Origin: the human T2T-CHM13v2.0 reference genome, Homo sapiens
Direction: 5' to 3' (one strand)
Assembly: GCF_009914755.1 (NCBI RefSeq)
Contig: NC_060925.1
Length of the DNA stretch: 64,000 nt
A model generated the notes under the pieces. The model was given only the letters and a program-made list of their open reading frames with translations. It was not told the DNA's origin and searched no databases. A program made the translations under genes and the position numbers. Below, in pieces: positions 25,615 through 41,455 of this stretch (the first letter of the stretch is position 1; every line of letters starts with the position of its first letter).

Positions 25615-26155
25615 CTTCTGGGTATATATCTTTTGATTTGAAAGCAGGAACTGGAGTAGATATTTGTATACCCACGTTCATAGTAGCATTATTCGCAACA
25701 GCCAAAAGATAGAAGCAAATGTCCATTAACAGATGAATGGAAAAAACAAAACGTGGTGCTGACATACAAAAAAGTGTTATTTAGCTTCGAAAAGGGAGGA
25801 AATTCTGACACATGTGGTAACATAGATGAACCTTGAGGATATTATGCTGAGTGAAATAAGCCAGACACAAAAGGACAAGTACTGTATGATTCCACTTCAA
25901 TGAAGTGCCTAGAGTAGTCAAATTCATGGAGACAGAAAGTGGAATAGAGGTTACCAGGGGCTGGGGGGAGGGAGGAGTGACGCGCCATTGTTTAGTGAAT
26001 ACGTGAATACGTGTTTCACTTTGGGATGATGGGAAAGTTCTGGAGATAAATGGTAGTGACAGCTGTACAACAGTGTGAATCTATTTAATGCCACTGTATC
26101 AAACACCTAAAATGATACATTTCATGTTATGTATATTTTACCACATTTAAAAAAT
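25615..26155 (+). mobile_element. L1MB-like 3' end inserted into a MIR
   Basis: ATGAACCTTGAGGATATTATGCTGAGTGAAATAAGCCAG..TATATTTTACCACA; imperfect TSD AAGACTCTGAACTCTG / AAGATTCTAGACTCTG. Confidence 0.9.
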
Positions 26156-26365
26156 AAGATTCTAGACTCTGGAGCAACCAGACTACTGTATTTGAATCCC
26201 AGCTGTCTCACAAACAAGCTGTGTGATGTTGGGCAAGTTGCTGGGCCTCTCTCTGATTTGGTTATCTCATCTGTCAAATGGATACCTTAATAGTACCTAT
26301 CTTAAGGGCTGCTGAGGGGATAAAATGAGTTAATATATGTGCAGCGTTAAGAATGTATCACATGC
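26156..26365 (+). mobile_element. MIR (host of the L1MB)
   Basis: GACTCTGGAGC..TTGAATCCCAGC..GGGCAAGTT..AATGAGTTAATATATGT. Confidence 0.85.
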
Positions 26366-26434
26366 TTTGTGAGTTGGCTGTTATCCTTAATAGCAGCAGG
26401 CCAGAACCTGGGGGTGAGCCTCTGTTACTGTAGT

Positions 26435-26548
26435 CTGTAATCCCAGTGCTTTGGGAGGCCAAGGTGGGTGGATCGCTTGAGTCCAGGAGGTTGAGACGAG
26501 CTTGAGCAACACGATAACGTTCTGTCTCTACAAAAAATTAGCTGGCTA
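26435..26548 (+). mobile_element. Alu left monomer (FLAM/AluJ-like), 5'-truncated, no 3' poly(A) tail
   Basis: CTGTAATCCCAGTGCTTTGGGAGGCC..TCTCTACAAAAAATTAGCTGG. Confidence 0.9.
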
Positions 26549-26565
26549 ATAATTAGCTGGCTAGT

Positions 26566-26695
26566 AATACAGTAGTCTGGCGGGCTCCAGAGTCTAGGAG
26601 CTTATTTTTTAATTGTGGTAATATATACATAACATAAAATGTAACATTTTTAAGTGTTTGATAGAGTGGCATTAAATATATTCACATTGTTGTGC
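26566..26695 (-). repeat. Inverted duplicate of 26065-26192 (L1MB end plus MIR start)
   Basis: Reverse complement aligns at ~88% by hand across the L1/MIR junction. Confidence 0.92.
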
Positions 26696-27528
26696 GACTC
26701 CTGGCCCCTGATTCTCTCCTGGCCTTGACTGGGACATGCAGAAGTGTTCAGGTCTCCCTGCATCCCCCAGCCATTTTCTGATCTATTTCCTATAAAGAGC
26801 CACTGCGATCTCCGCTACATGAATCTGACGGTGCCACTCCCAGCTACAGGGATAGAGAGCATGTGCTTTTCATTGCCTAAAGGCCCTGTTTGCTTCCGAC
26901 CTATCCTCTCCAACCATGTTGATCCCCAGTCTGTTCTCTGTCCTTCTCTCCACATGGCCTTTGAAGATGCTGGTTCTGACTTCTTAGAAGGATCCTCCAC
27001 CTCTTACCCAGATCTCTTGATCCCCATCCCCTGAAATCTGCCCTGTCTCTTCTCCATCGGGCCAGGCTCTGGGCTGGACACTGAGGACATGCAGGTGGGT
27101 AAGACATGGGCCTGGATGAGGAGAAAGGACACAATGGCAGTGGATGGAATAAGGAACAGTGGAGCGGAGAACCGTGGGGAGAGAACCGTGGGGGGAGAAC
27201 ATGTCCTATCCCCAACATGACTTCCTTGAAAGAAGTGCTGACTCGGCTAGACTCACATGCTGTGTCCTCCTTACTAGTAGGCAGGGTTCCTGTAAATGGG
27301 AGGCCAGGTGCATGGTACAAACTCTCTCTTCTGGTCCTCATGGTGGGATTAAAAGCTGAGCTGAGCAGTGTCAGCATTATGGGGTGGCTTTGGGGGAACT
27401 TCAGCACCCTCCATCTCCATCAGCATTTCCCCTCTGAAGTGGCATGGAATAAAATTTGAAATCAAAACGTGTGCTTATTATTCAAATGTGCCTTCAGAAT
27501 AAGTCCTCCAGCTGCCTGTTCTGATTGA

Positions 27529-27888
<360 letters not shown>

Positions 27889-28066
27889 AAGCCTCACTTT
27901 CTTTTCAAACAATTCTCCTACAGAGTCTCTGTTGTTTGGGGCTTGGCCACTGTTTTAGTTGTCTATTCTGCATCACAAATGACCCCAAAATTGGTGGCCT
28001 TGAAACAGTAAACTTTTTTTTATCTTACAGTCTTCTGGGGTTCATTAATTTGGGAATGGCTTAGCT

Positions 28067-28565
28067 CAGTGGTCCCCAAACTTTTTGGCACCAGGGACTG
28101 GTTTCGTGGAAGACAATTTTCCCACAGATAGGTCGGGGAGATGGTTTTGGGATGATTCAACTGCATCACATTTATTGTGCACTTTATTTCTGTTATTACA
28201 TTGTAATATATAATGAAATAATTCTACAACTCACCATAATGTATAATCAGTGGGAGCCCTAAGCTTGTTTTCTTGCAACTAGACGGTCCCATCTGGGGGT
28301 GATGGGAGACAGTGACAGATCATCAGGCATTAGATTTTCATAAGGAGTGTGCAGCCTAGATCCTTTGCATGTTCAGTTCACAATACGTTTTGTGTTCCTA
28401 TGAGAATCTAATGCCACTGCTGGTCTCACAGGAGGTGGAGCTCAGGCAGTCATGTGAATGATGGACAGTGGCTGTGAATACAGATGAGGCTTGGCTCACT
28501 TGCCTGCCGCTCACCTCCTGCCGTGTGGCCCAGTTCCTAACAGGCCAGGGGGTTGGGAAGCCCTG
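28067..28565 (+). mobile_element. MER1A hAT-Charlie DNA transposon
   Basis: CAGTGGTCCCCAA..TTTTTGGCACCAGGGAC start, GGTTGGGAAGCCCTG end; perfect 8-bp TSD GCTTAGCT. Confidence 0.92.
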
Positions 28566-28945
28566 GCTTAGCTGGTGTGGCCCTGGGCCCAGGCCTGTCA
28601 TGTGGTTGCAGTCAGGACATCAGCTGGGGCTGGAAGATCTGCTTCCCAGACAGCTCACTCACATGGCTGTGGGCAGGAGGCCACAGTCCTCACTGGCTAT
28701 TGGGAGGAGGCCTTAGTTCCTTGTTACACAAACCTCTTGATACTTAAATGTCCTTATGACATGTCAGTTAACTTCTCCCAGAGCAAGTGATCCAGAAGGA
28801 ATGAGTGAGGAGGAAGCCACAGTGCCTTTTGTGACCTAGTCTCTGAAGTTGCTCACTGCCAATGTCACTTCATTGTATTCATTAGAAGCAAGTCACCAAG
28901 TGCAGCCAACTCTCAAGGGGAAGGAAATCTGGTTCCATCTCTCTA

Positions 28946-29232
28946 TTTTTTTTTTTTTTTTGAGACAAGTTCTTGTTCTGTTACCCAGGCTGGAGTCAGT
29001 GGCCCGATCATGGCTAACTGCAGCCTTGACCTCTTGGGCTCAAGCGATCCTCCCATCTCAGTCTCCGAAGTAGCTGAGACTATAGGTGTGTGCCACCATG
29101 CCCAGGTTTTTCTGTAGAGACAGAGTGTTGCCGTGTTACCCAGGCCGGTCTTGAACTCCTGGGCTCAAGTGATCCACCCACCTCAGCCTCCCAAAGTGCT
29201 GGGATTGCAGGTGTGAGCCACTGTGCCTGGCT
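28946..29232 (-). mobile_element. AluJ-like element
   Basis: GCAGCCTTGACCTCTTGGGCTCAAGCGATCC; imperfect TSD GGTTCCATCTCT/GGCTTCATCTCT. Confidence 0.92.
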
Positions 29233-29259
29233 GGCTTCATCTCTTGAAGGAAGGAATAG

Positions 29260-29573
<314 letters not shown>

Positions 29574-29969
29574 TGGACATTTTAAAAAACCACTACAGCC
29601 ACTAATGTGGTAGGGTTTAGATTTAGGGTTAGGACACTGGACACTGACCCAGCTAAGAATGAGTGGCCATTTTGCTGTTTTTCCTTGGGTGTGTAGTTTG
29701 AGGAAGGGATAATTAACAGAACAAAATGTACGCATTCCTAGGGCCTCCAGTCAAACGCCACCCACTAAATCAAAACTTCATTTAGAATACTAGTGCGAAT
29801 GACTAACTCTGCCTTGGTGAGGGGGAGAGAGAGAAAACCAGGGAGGGCTTTGCGTAGGAAATAACACTGTAACATCGGGTCTTGAAAGAGGAATAGAAGT
29901 TCTTGAGGAAGACAATTCATGAGGCAAGTGGGGCAAAGTAGGAAAATACAAGCTTTGAAGTAAAAAGTG

Positions 29970-30150
29970 ACATAAGTTCAAATTCTGGCTCAGTTACTCG
30001 CTGTGTGAGCTTTTGCAAGTCACTTCCTCTCTTTGGGGCTGTTTCCTTACCTGTAAATTAGAGATTATAAAACCACTGATGCCGCTGGGTTATTGTAAAG
30101 ACTGGCAATTGTGCATATGAGGTGCTTGGCAGGCTGTGGGTATTCAATAC
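29970..30150 (+). mobile_element. MIR
   Basis: GTTCAAATTCTGGCTC..GCAAGTCACTT..GTTTCCTTACCTGTAAA. Confidence 0.8.
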
Positions 30151-31004
30151 ACAGTAAGCCAAAATCCTTGTTTGCAGGCACCCATATTCAGAAGTCTGGC
30201 CCTGAAAAGGTCTGATGTGTGGGGAGCATGGATGGCAATTCTGTAGGCTCAGTCATGTTCACGGAGCTCAAGTTCTTTCCTATCTCCTGCCTCAGCCCAG
30301 CCAAATTCACTGCAGTCATTGACTCGACCAGCCACTAATGATTAACTTACACATGGAGGAACCTGGGTTCCCGCCAGGCTCAGGCTGCAGGCACGGCTGA
30401 GGGAGCAGGTGAGGAGGGGGTGGTTTTCTCTCCCTTGTCTGCTGTCCCCAAGTCAGTTCTATGGGCAACTGACATCCATCTGAGGGAGTCTCAGAACCGC
30501 AGAGATGAGTCTTGTCTGAGTGCCCTCCTGTCAGCCCCATCGCTGCCCTGCTGGCCTGCTCTGCTGGCCCTGGTGACAGCCGCATTCTGCAGGCAGGTGT
30601 TAGGATGGAAGAGATCAATGCCTCACACATGTGGTGGGCAGGGTGGGTCATCGGAGGGCGAGTTAGGTGGTTGGAGGGGAAATTGCCTGGGTTTGCTGGG
30701 CAGGTTCTGTGCTGACTCCGTATCAGCTTCCCTCCCTGGCGTATGTGCGCAACGGTGACTCCACGGCCTGGCTGCAGGTGGTGCGGAGTTGGGCTTTTCC
30801 TCTACAGTTCATCCTGGGTCTTAGAGGGACAAAGTGGGAAGAGCTGGGAGCTGTGTTCCTTGGGCTTCATGCTACTCATGCCACGTTTTTAGGGGATTGG
30901 GGGTGTATTTCATCATTATACTCTGAACCCTCCAGAGAAATTCATTGTACGTGTTGTCTTCCTGTAAGACAAAGCAGGGAGCTCATTGGAAAGGAGAGCT
31001 AGAG

Positions 31005-31135
31005 ACCTTAGTGAAGATCCCAGCTCTCCTTGGGTGATCTTAGGCACATTATTTTACCTCTCTGAGCCTTAGTTTCCTCATCGGTTGAAGGGGGATCCCA
31101 GGCTGCCAGGGCTGTGTAAGTTCAGATGAGCTAAT
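31005..31135 (+). mobile_element. MIR fragment
   Basis: ATCCCAGCTCT..ACCTCTCTGAGCCTTAGTTTCCTCATC. Confidence 0.75.
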
Positions 31136-31373
31136 GGCTGTGGATGAGTTTCAGCTGCTGTGGGGATGGGCCATGAAGGCAAGAGTGGAGGGTCTCTATG
31201 CTCACTGGACTCCTGGAAGGTTCTGAATCCTTTTTGATGGGATGGGCCCTTTCTTATCAAGGGTAGGGTCTACAGAGTCTTTGGTGCCAGCCCCTTGTTC
31301 ACACAAACCCTGTGAACACAAGTCCCAGGTAGGCATGTTTTTAGAAAGAGGCTGCAATTAGAAGCCTTGAAGG

Positions 31374-31534
31374 CAGATGTTCTTAGAGAGTAGGACCTGG
31401 ACCAGCAGCATCCACTGGGAGCTTTTCAGAAATGCAGATTCTCAGGCCCCATCCCAGACCTTGTGAATCAAGCTCAGGCATTGTGGCCAGCCCTCCCCTC
31501 CAGGTGATACTGATGTGAAATGTGAGAACTGCTA
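31374..31534. mobile_element. MER5A-like hAT MITE
   Basis: GACCAGCAGCATC..AGAAATGCAGATTCTCAGGCCCCATCCCAGACC..CCAGGTGATACTGATG..TGAGAAC. Confidence 0.85.
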
Positions 31535-33439
31535 CGCCTTCCACATGGTTCCCCCTCCTTCACAGCTGGGGGCTCCTCCAGGGGAGGGGGCTGCAAGGCC
31601 TGTACTGAATCTCCCTGCTACAGAGAACCCTGGGCATGATGCGGGTCTCTTTCCTCTGACTGACTGAAGACATCCTGAACCTCACCAGTGGGGTTGATGT
31701 CAGGATATTTGCATAGCTCATTAGCTCTACTCTGGGCTTCCTCTTAATTAGTTTTGCAAAAAATCTGCATTTAAAAAACCTAAACTCATCAGAGACGAAA
31801 CACAGGTCCTTGCTAAGTTTGTCTTTGTGCTCGTGTGTGTACGTGTGAGCACATGAGTGTGTGCTGAGGGAGGGTGTGTTGTGGGAGTGCGAGGGGGTGT
31901 GCTTGTGCGTGTGGGTTTCAGCGACTGTGAAGGTGCCTATGTGTGAGTGCCGTGTTGTGTCTGTGCTCACACAGCCTCTTCATCTCCAGGGGTCCCCACA
32001 AGGCCGGTTACTCCTCCCTTTCTCACAAGTCACTATTTCTAATGGAGCCAAATTGCAGGGAAACATCAGGCTTTCAACCTTCCTCTGCCCTGGTGTTTTG
32101 CTTGTCTGGTGCTCATTGCTCAGCACCAGCTTGCCTAGTGTCCCCAGCTCTGGGTCTTGTGGCAAGGACAGTCCTGGTCAGCTGAGGAGCCAGGGAATAG
32201 CAGTGCCCCCACTACTGGGCCATCCTTTGGGTCCAGTCTGAGGATTTGAAGAGCCTGTCAGGTGTTGCCTTATCTGTGTGCCATCACCTCGTGCCTGGAG
32301 CCTCCACCCCTCCTTGTTCCACCTGGGGCCCCTCTGCTCCTCTGATTGGGCTGCAGATCCTCAGGCTGCCACCCCTACCCCCATCCTTACCCCTACCCCC
32401 CCTCTTTGGAGAATCAGCCAGCAACAAGGCCACCTATGGGACTGGGGAGAAGTATAGTTTTGTGGTGAAGGGGTTGGGGGTGTCTAAAGATGCTTAGGCA
32501 TAGAGTCTGGGGGGACTCCCCTATCACCCTGTCCCCACTCCCCTACTGCAGTCTCTGCTGGGAACAACCCTATTTGGAGCCCAGTAAATTTATGGCATAA
32601 TCCCGCATGGAAATGCATGGAAATGCTGCCAATTACCATTAAGCCAAGAGAGGAGGCTGCATCCCCTGGCATGCCCTCCCCAGTTGGCTGTCTGCAGGCT
32701 CCCAGCCTTCCAGAAACCACAGGGACTAAGGAGCTAGCTGGGACGGCCTAGATTGGTGGAGTGGGACCATTTGTATAAAACTCTTTATTCATCTCACCTG
32801 GCCTTGAAGGTTTGCAGCCGGAACGGCGCCTTTGCATTAAACCTGAGCAAACCAGGGAAATGTCATTCTCTGAGTCTCAGCAAAGCCGACAGCTGATGCG
32901 ATTTATCTAGCTGAGATCAGTTCATCAAATTTGGGAAGAGCTGAGCCGCTGGAAAGACGGGGGAAATCTGATACAACTGTGTCTGCTTAAAATGCAAAGG
33001 CTTGTGGAGATTTTGGAACACTGTAAGGAGAGTCTCAGTGAAGCCAGGAGGAACGTTTAGCAGGCACCGAGACGGAGGTTGGGGGAGTGCTGAGGGCGGG
33101 GGAAGTTCCTGCTCTATTGGGGAGGGTGGAGGCTAGGCGGAGGCCGTGTGCACCTGCAATCTCTGCCCTGTGCTGACCCCTGTTGTCCTAGGTCAGATCC
33201 ACTCCAACGAAGAAGGAATGCCACCTATGATGCGAAGATTCAAATTGGCCTCTGGAGCTTTGGGGTGTGGGTGATGTGAAACATGGCCCCATCCTTGAAA
33301 AACTCACAGTCTAATGGGGGAGGCAGACAGAGACATGACAACTTGTAAACATAATGAAGTCTATGTCCAGGGTCCAGGGTTTATAACAGAGACTAAAGGT
33401 GCTGATAAGAGACCAAGGGCAGGAGAAGGTCAGGGTGAT

Positions 33440-33660
33440 GCACTCAGATAGGCCTGGCTCAAAGCCTGGTCTTTCCACCTATGTACCAGCTGTGTGTCCT
33501 TGCATGAGTCACTTAACCTCTCTGAGCTTCACTTTCTCATCTGTGGAATGGGTGTAACAATTCCTGCTTCTTAGGGAGCTGGGAGGGTTGATGAGATACT
33601 GTTATGTAAAATGGTTGGCATCAGGCTTGGTGCACAGCAAGTGCTCAGTAGTGGAGCTAG
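33440..33660 (+). mobile_element. MIR
   Basis: GTCACTTAACCTCTCTGAGC..CTCATCTGT..GCACAGCAAGTGCTCAGTA. Confidence 0.85.
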
Positions 33661-34899
33661 CATCCCACTGCAGGATGTGGGAAGGGCTCTGGGAGGAGGT
33701 GGGGATGCCAGCTAGGCCATGAAGGATGCAAAGGACTTTAGTTTGTGGAGAGGGTGAGGGAATGCTCGTAATTATGAAGAGAGGCATAGGACCTGGCTGG
33801 CTGCTTGTCACTATCCCCACCACAGTCCTGGTAGAGGAAGAGGGAGAGGCTCTGAGGACTGGGGTGATGGGGGTGCCTATCTTAGTAGAGCAGGGCCTCT
33901 CCCCTCCCCATCAGCCCCATAAGCCCCTGGCCCCAGTAAGAGGGTGTTGTGCCCCTCCCCCCGTTAAGCCCTCCCCTCGCTCCATCTTGCTCTCCTCCCC
34001 GCATCTTGCTCCCCTCTCCATGAGGATTTATCAGTCCTCCTGCGATAGGCTTAGCGGGGACCAATTTCCTGCTATCAGTCAGAAGGGGTGGCATTTGTAG
34101 GGCAGCGCCGAGGCCTGGGAGGGGAAGGAGGGACCCACCGTGTTTTTCCTCTGTGCCTGCTTGTTCTGGGCTGCCCTCCATCCTTCAAGTCTGTCTGCTC
34201 TTCTCTCTGGCTGGGGCTCTGCTGCCAGGAGGATGAGGAGAGATGAGGGGACGAGGTGAGGTGGGGCTGGGCTAAATGGAGGGGTTGAGCCGGGGGCAGG
34301 GGTGGCAAGGCAGTGGGGGCCATTGTTCAAAAGGGCACCGACTTTTGTATAAGCAGGTGCTCCTGAAACAGGTCATTAATATTCTGGATTCCTTCAACTC
34401 TGTGGCTCTGTGTCATTCACAGCAGGAACATGGGGGCTCGTGACAGACTCCAGTCCCAATGGGAAACTGATGCAGCAGCTCGGGTCTAGGAACAGGTAAG
34501 CAGAGGCTGTGACTCAGGCCTCCTGGGCTCATGGATTTCAGGGGTCCAGGCTGTGGCAGTCCTCTCTGCCTTAACAAGAACATTATTAATTTAGAGTTCT
34601 GGGTTGGCCTCAGGACTGCAGCTGGCCATTGCCAACAGCCTCCTCCAAGAAGCTTGCCTGGATGCAACCAGGCTACCGAGGCCTCCTTTTGGGCTAGGAG
34701 TGATAACTGGGTCTCAGGGCCTCTGCAAGTCCCTCTCTTCTTAACTAGACATGGAGCTACAATCTATTGAGCATTTATTATGTGTCAGGCCCTGGGCCAG
34801 CACTGGATGTATATTAACTCATTTAATTCTTTATCGACCTGGAAAGACAGACATGATTAAAATTACCTTAACTTTTAGGGTAGGCAGGTAGGTAGGTAA

Positions 34900-35137
34900 C
34901 CACTCAAGGTCTTCTTTCAAATGTCATCTTCTCAGAGACTCCTTCCCCGACTGCCTATTTCTCTATCCCCTATTCCAGTCCACCCCTGGCCTTCCCCATC
35001 TCATCATTTTCTTTTATTTTCTCCTTGTTTATCATCTCCCTCCCCTACTAAAGTGTAAGCTGCATGAAGACAGAGACCTTGTCTGTCCTGTTCCCTTGTG
35101 TGTCTCAAACAACGAATATTTGTTGAATGAATGAATG
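34900..35137 (+). mobile_element. L2 3' end
   Basis: TCAAATGTCATCTTCTCAGAGA..TGTAAGCTGCATGAAGACAG..TATTTGTTGAATGAATGAATG. Confidence 0.85.
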
Positions 35138-35202
35138 CTACGTAGCTAATATGGACAGAGCAAGGATTCCAACTGGGTTGTTCGGTTCAAAAAACACTAC
35201 CT

Positions 35203-35559
<357 letters not shown>

Positions 35560-36255
35560 CTAGACTGGGGTCCCAGTGAATCTGTCTCAGCTCGATGGCA
35601 GCCACGGAATGAACAGTGTTAAATCTGAGATGCTAACATTCCCACCCCAGCCCCTCCTGTGGTCAGTGGATAGAGACAGAGACTAGTTTTGAGTAGCTGG
35701 GGTGGAGGTAGGGGGCTGGGAGAGGAGTGATGACTTTCTTTGCATTCAGCTGGGCTTCTTACCTCATCTGGGCCTGCTCTGGATTTGCTATCTAGACTGA
35801 GCACAGCTGGGGTAGCTGGGGGGCTCTGCACAGCTGGTGCTGCTCCTTGAGCTCAGATGTTTATTAGGATTGGGGGTTGAGGGGAGGGATTCTATTTGAG
35901 AATGACGGGGACGGGGAGAAGGGCTTTCCGGAGATGAGTGGCAGGAGAGATAAGCCTGATGTGTGACTTTCTGATGCTTGGTTGGTTTGAAAATGAGTTC
36001 TGGGCCCAGATATGGGATTGACAGGGGGATCGGAGAGGGCTGTGAGTCAGGAGACCGGGTCCTAGTGCCAGGGGAGGAGGCAGCTGGGCCCTGGGTCACC
36101 TTGGCTGGTCTGCTGGGGAAGGATGGGTTGCCAGGCTGGTGTGTTTTGGAATCAGCCTCGGTGTCTCCAAGTGCCTGGGCTTGCCTTTGCTCCTGTTCTC
36201 AAAAGAAGCCTGAGTGCTTGGAGCTCACAGACCAAGGGCCAGAAATTATACTAGT

Positions 36256-37023
<768 letters not shown>

Positions 37024-39159
37024 ATCATCCTTGTTCCAAATGGTTGCACCTAAGCGTGACTGGCAGTCCCGCAGATCTGTCTCTTGCTTCAGACAACAGT
37101 ATTTTCATGGAGCAGACCCGGGACTCCCCTTCTTCTAGCCTCGATTGCTCCCAATCTCCTCTTCAGTCACAACCTCTGGACCATCTTCTTGGCCACTCTC
37201 TGCTTCCTGGACCAGCCAACATTGTTTCTGTGGTGAGCTCCCAGATTCATTAGAATTATTTCACCCATGTGGAGGCTGCCAGCAACCGCCTGGTCCACCC
37301 ACATCTGCAGGCTTCCCGGACCTACCTCTTTCTGGGCTTTCATTTCAATCTTGATGATGTGGCTTAGAGGGTGTGGGACAATGTCGAGTTGGTGGAGGAG
37401 AAGCCTGAGGGCTCTGAAAACTTGAAAATTTGAAATTTTCTTGGAAACGCAAAACCAGCCCTGTGGTGCCAAACCAGGACACTGGCTGTACCCTCTTCTA
37501 GGACATGCAGAAGCTATCCCATGATGAGAGGGGTGAAACCCTGGACTGCATGGTAGATGTCCTGGCTCTGTAGAAGAACCTGAACCAGGCCCTTTTACAT
37601 CTGTGTTCCCTGGGTTCTGTCCACACAGGCCCCACCTCTCCGACTTCCTGGAGAGCCAATTTCTTATCAAGAAGATGAGCAACCACCTAACCCACCTCTG
37701 CAGGCAAAAGGCTCACCCTCAAGCAGGACAGGGACCTTCTGGAGCCCAGAGGCCTTTCAGGGGCCTCTCTGCACCCCTCTGGTAGCAGGGCTTCTGCCTG
37801 AGCTGCTTCCTCCAGCCATTAGGCAGCTTTTTAGCCATCCTGGAGCCCCTCGTCCAAGGCATGGACCAAATAGAAACAATAAAGCTTTTTACAGCAAGGA
37901 AAAAAAGTGCTCCCGTGGGTATTCCCAAAGTGCTCATCAGTACAGAGATCATGGAAACAGGTGTGTTGCCTGGATTTCCAAAGGCTGCTTTCCTGCCTAT
38001 GCAGGTTGGCCCAACCTCAGGGCAAAGGGAGAGCCTCACTACTAGGGGTTAGGAGACATAGGTGGCAGATCCTCGGCCTTTCCCTTCTGTCTTCTCAAGA
38101 TCAGTTTTCTCATCTATAAAATGGGGGTAATGATAAGTGTGGTGACCACTAGGTGCCTGTATATGCATGACCCCATTTGTCTTCCTTGAAGTCCTGTGAG
38201 ATGGCCTCTCTTCACATCCCTAGCTGATGGGCAGGAAACAGAAGCTCAGAGAGGTGAATTGCCTGGCTCAAGTTCTCACAGTCTGAAAGTGGTAGACTGG
38301 AATTTGAACCCAGGTCTCTCTGTGCCCTACATCCCTTTGCTTTCTCTGCTCATCTTTTTGAGGCATTTGAGACAGAGGGAGGGTTCACTTCTCATTCTTT
38401 TTAATGGCTACCTATATCTCATTGGATGCACACCCCACTATTTAAGCAATCGCCTATGGATGGACATTGAGGTTTTTCTTATTTAAAAAATTCTTTCCGA
38501 TAATGATACTAGGAGTAATTTTGCACACTCACCAATTCACACACGTGCATGCATATCTTTTTGTGTAATTCCTAGAAGTGTAATTGCTATGGCAAAGGGT
38601 ATATTGATAGATGTTACCAAATTGCCTATCTTTCCATAGAGATTGCACAGGCAGCAATGTGAGATGGCAACTTCCTCTCATCTTCACCAACACAGTATGT
38701 TAGTAAGCTTTTTGATCTTTGCCAGTCTGATTGGTAAAAGGTGTATCAGGTGATTTTATTTCACATTTTTCTTAGAGGTGAGGTTGAGCATCTTTTCAAA
38801 TGTTCAAGACCTATCTATTTTCTTTGCTGGGAACTATTTTCATATCTTTGTTCATTTTTTCTACTGTGTTACTGGTCTTTTTCTCAATAGAATTGTAAGA
38901 CGTTTTTACACAAGTGGGAAATGAACCCTTTATCTGTGATAAGCACCAGATATTTCTCTTGGTTTGTTGTCTTTTGACTTTGCTAATGGTGATTTCTGCC
39001 ATGAGGAGATTTTCTATTTTTATATATACACATTTAGCAGCGCTTTTATTTTTTTGGCTTCTGGGTGTCTTGTCAAAGGCCTTCTCACATGAAGATTATT
39101 TTTAAAAACTTCCTCATGGTTTCTTCTAGGCTGCTTATTACTTCATTTAAAAATATTTA

Positions 39160-39495
<336 letters not shown>

Positions 39496-39654
39496 TATAT
39501 TTAAATCCTTGAATTTAAACAAATTCATCTGGCATTTATCTTGGTATAAAGGGTGAGAAATGGACCTAATTTTAATTTTTTTGTCAATGGCTGCCCCGTT
39601 GTCCTAATAACATGATTGAATAGTTCATCTTCTCTTCAATGACCTGCCCCCTCC

Positions 39655-40912
<1,258 letters not shown>

Positions 40913-41167
40913 TTGATCCTTAATGATTTTGAATGCTCACATTTTAAAATTTTTCTGTGCTTTTTGTTTTGTTCCATTGACATATTTGTCTGCTCACAAC
41001 TTACTACCATACTATTCAAATTATTGCAGATCTATAATAAGTTTAAATATCTGATAGGGCTAGTCTCCCCTCTCATTACTTTTCAGAATTTTCCTGGCTA
41101 TTTTTTCATTTTCTTGTTTTTAAATATGAACTTCAAACTTACCTGATTACACATAACATTCTTATTG

Positions 41168-41455
41168 GGGATGAGTGCAGTGGCTCACATCTATAATCCC
41201 AACATTCGTGAGGCTGAGGTGGGAGGATCACTTGAGCCTAGGAGTTCGAGACCAGCGTGGGCAACATAGTGAGATCCCATCTCTACAAAAAAAAATTAGC
41301 CAGGCATAGTGGTGCAAGACTGTGGTCCCAGCTACCCAGGAGGCTGAAGTGGAAGGATTGCTTGAACCCAGAATTTTGAGGCTGAAGTGAGCCATGATCA
41401 TCACTGCACTCCAGCCGGGGTGACAGAGCAAGACCTTGTCTCAAAAAAAAAAAAA
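41168..41455 (+). mobile_element. AluJ-like element
   Basis: GGGAGGATCACTTGAGCCTAGGAG, GAGCCATGATC, poly(A). Confidence 0.93.
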
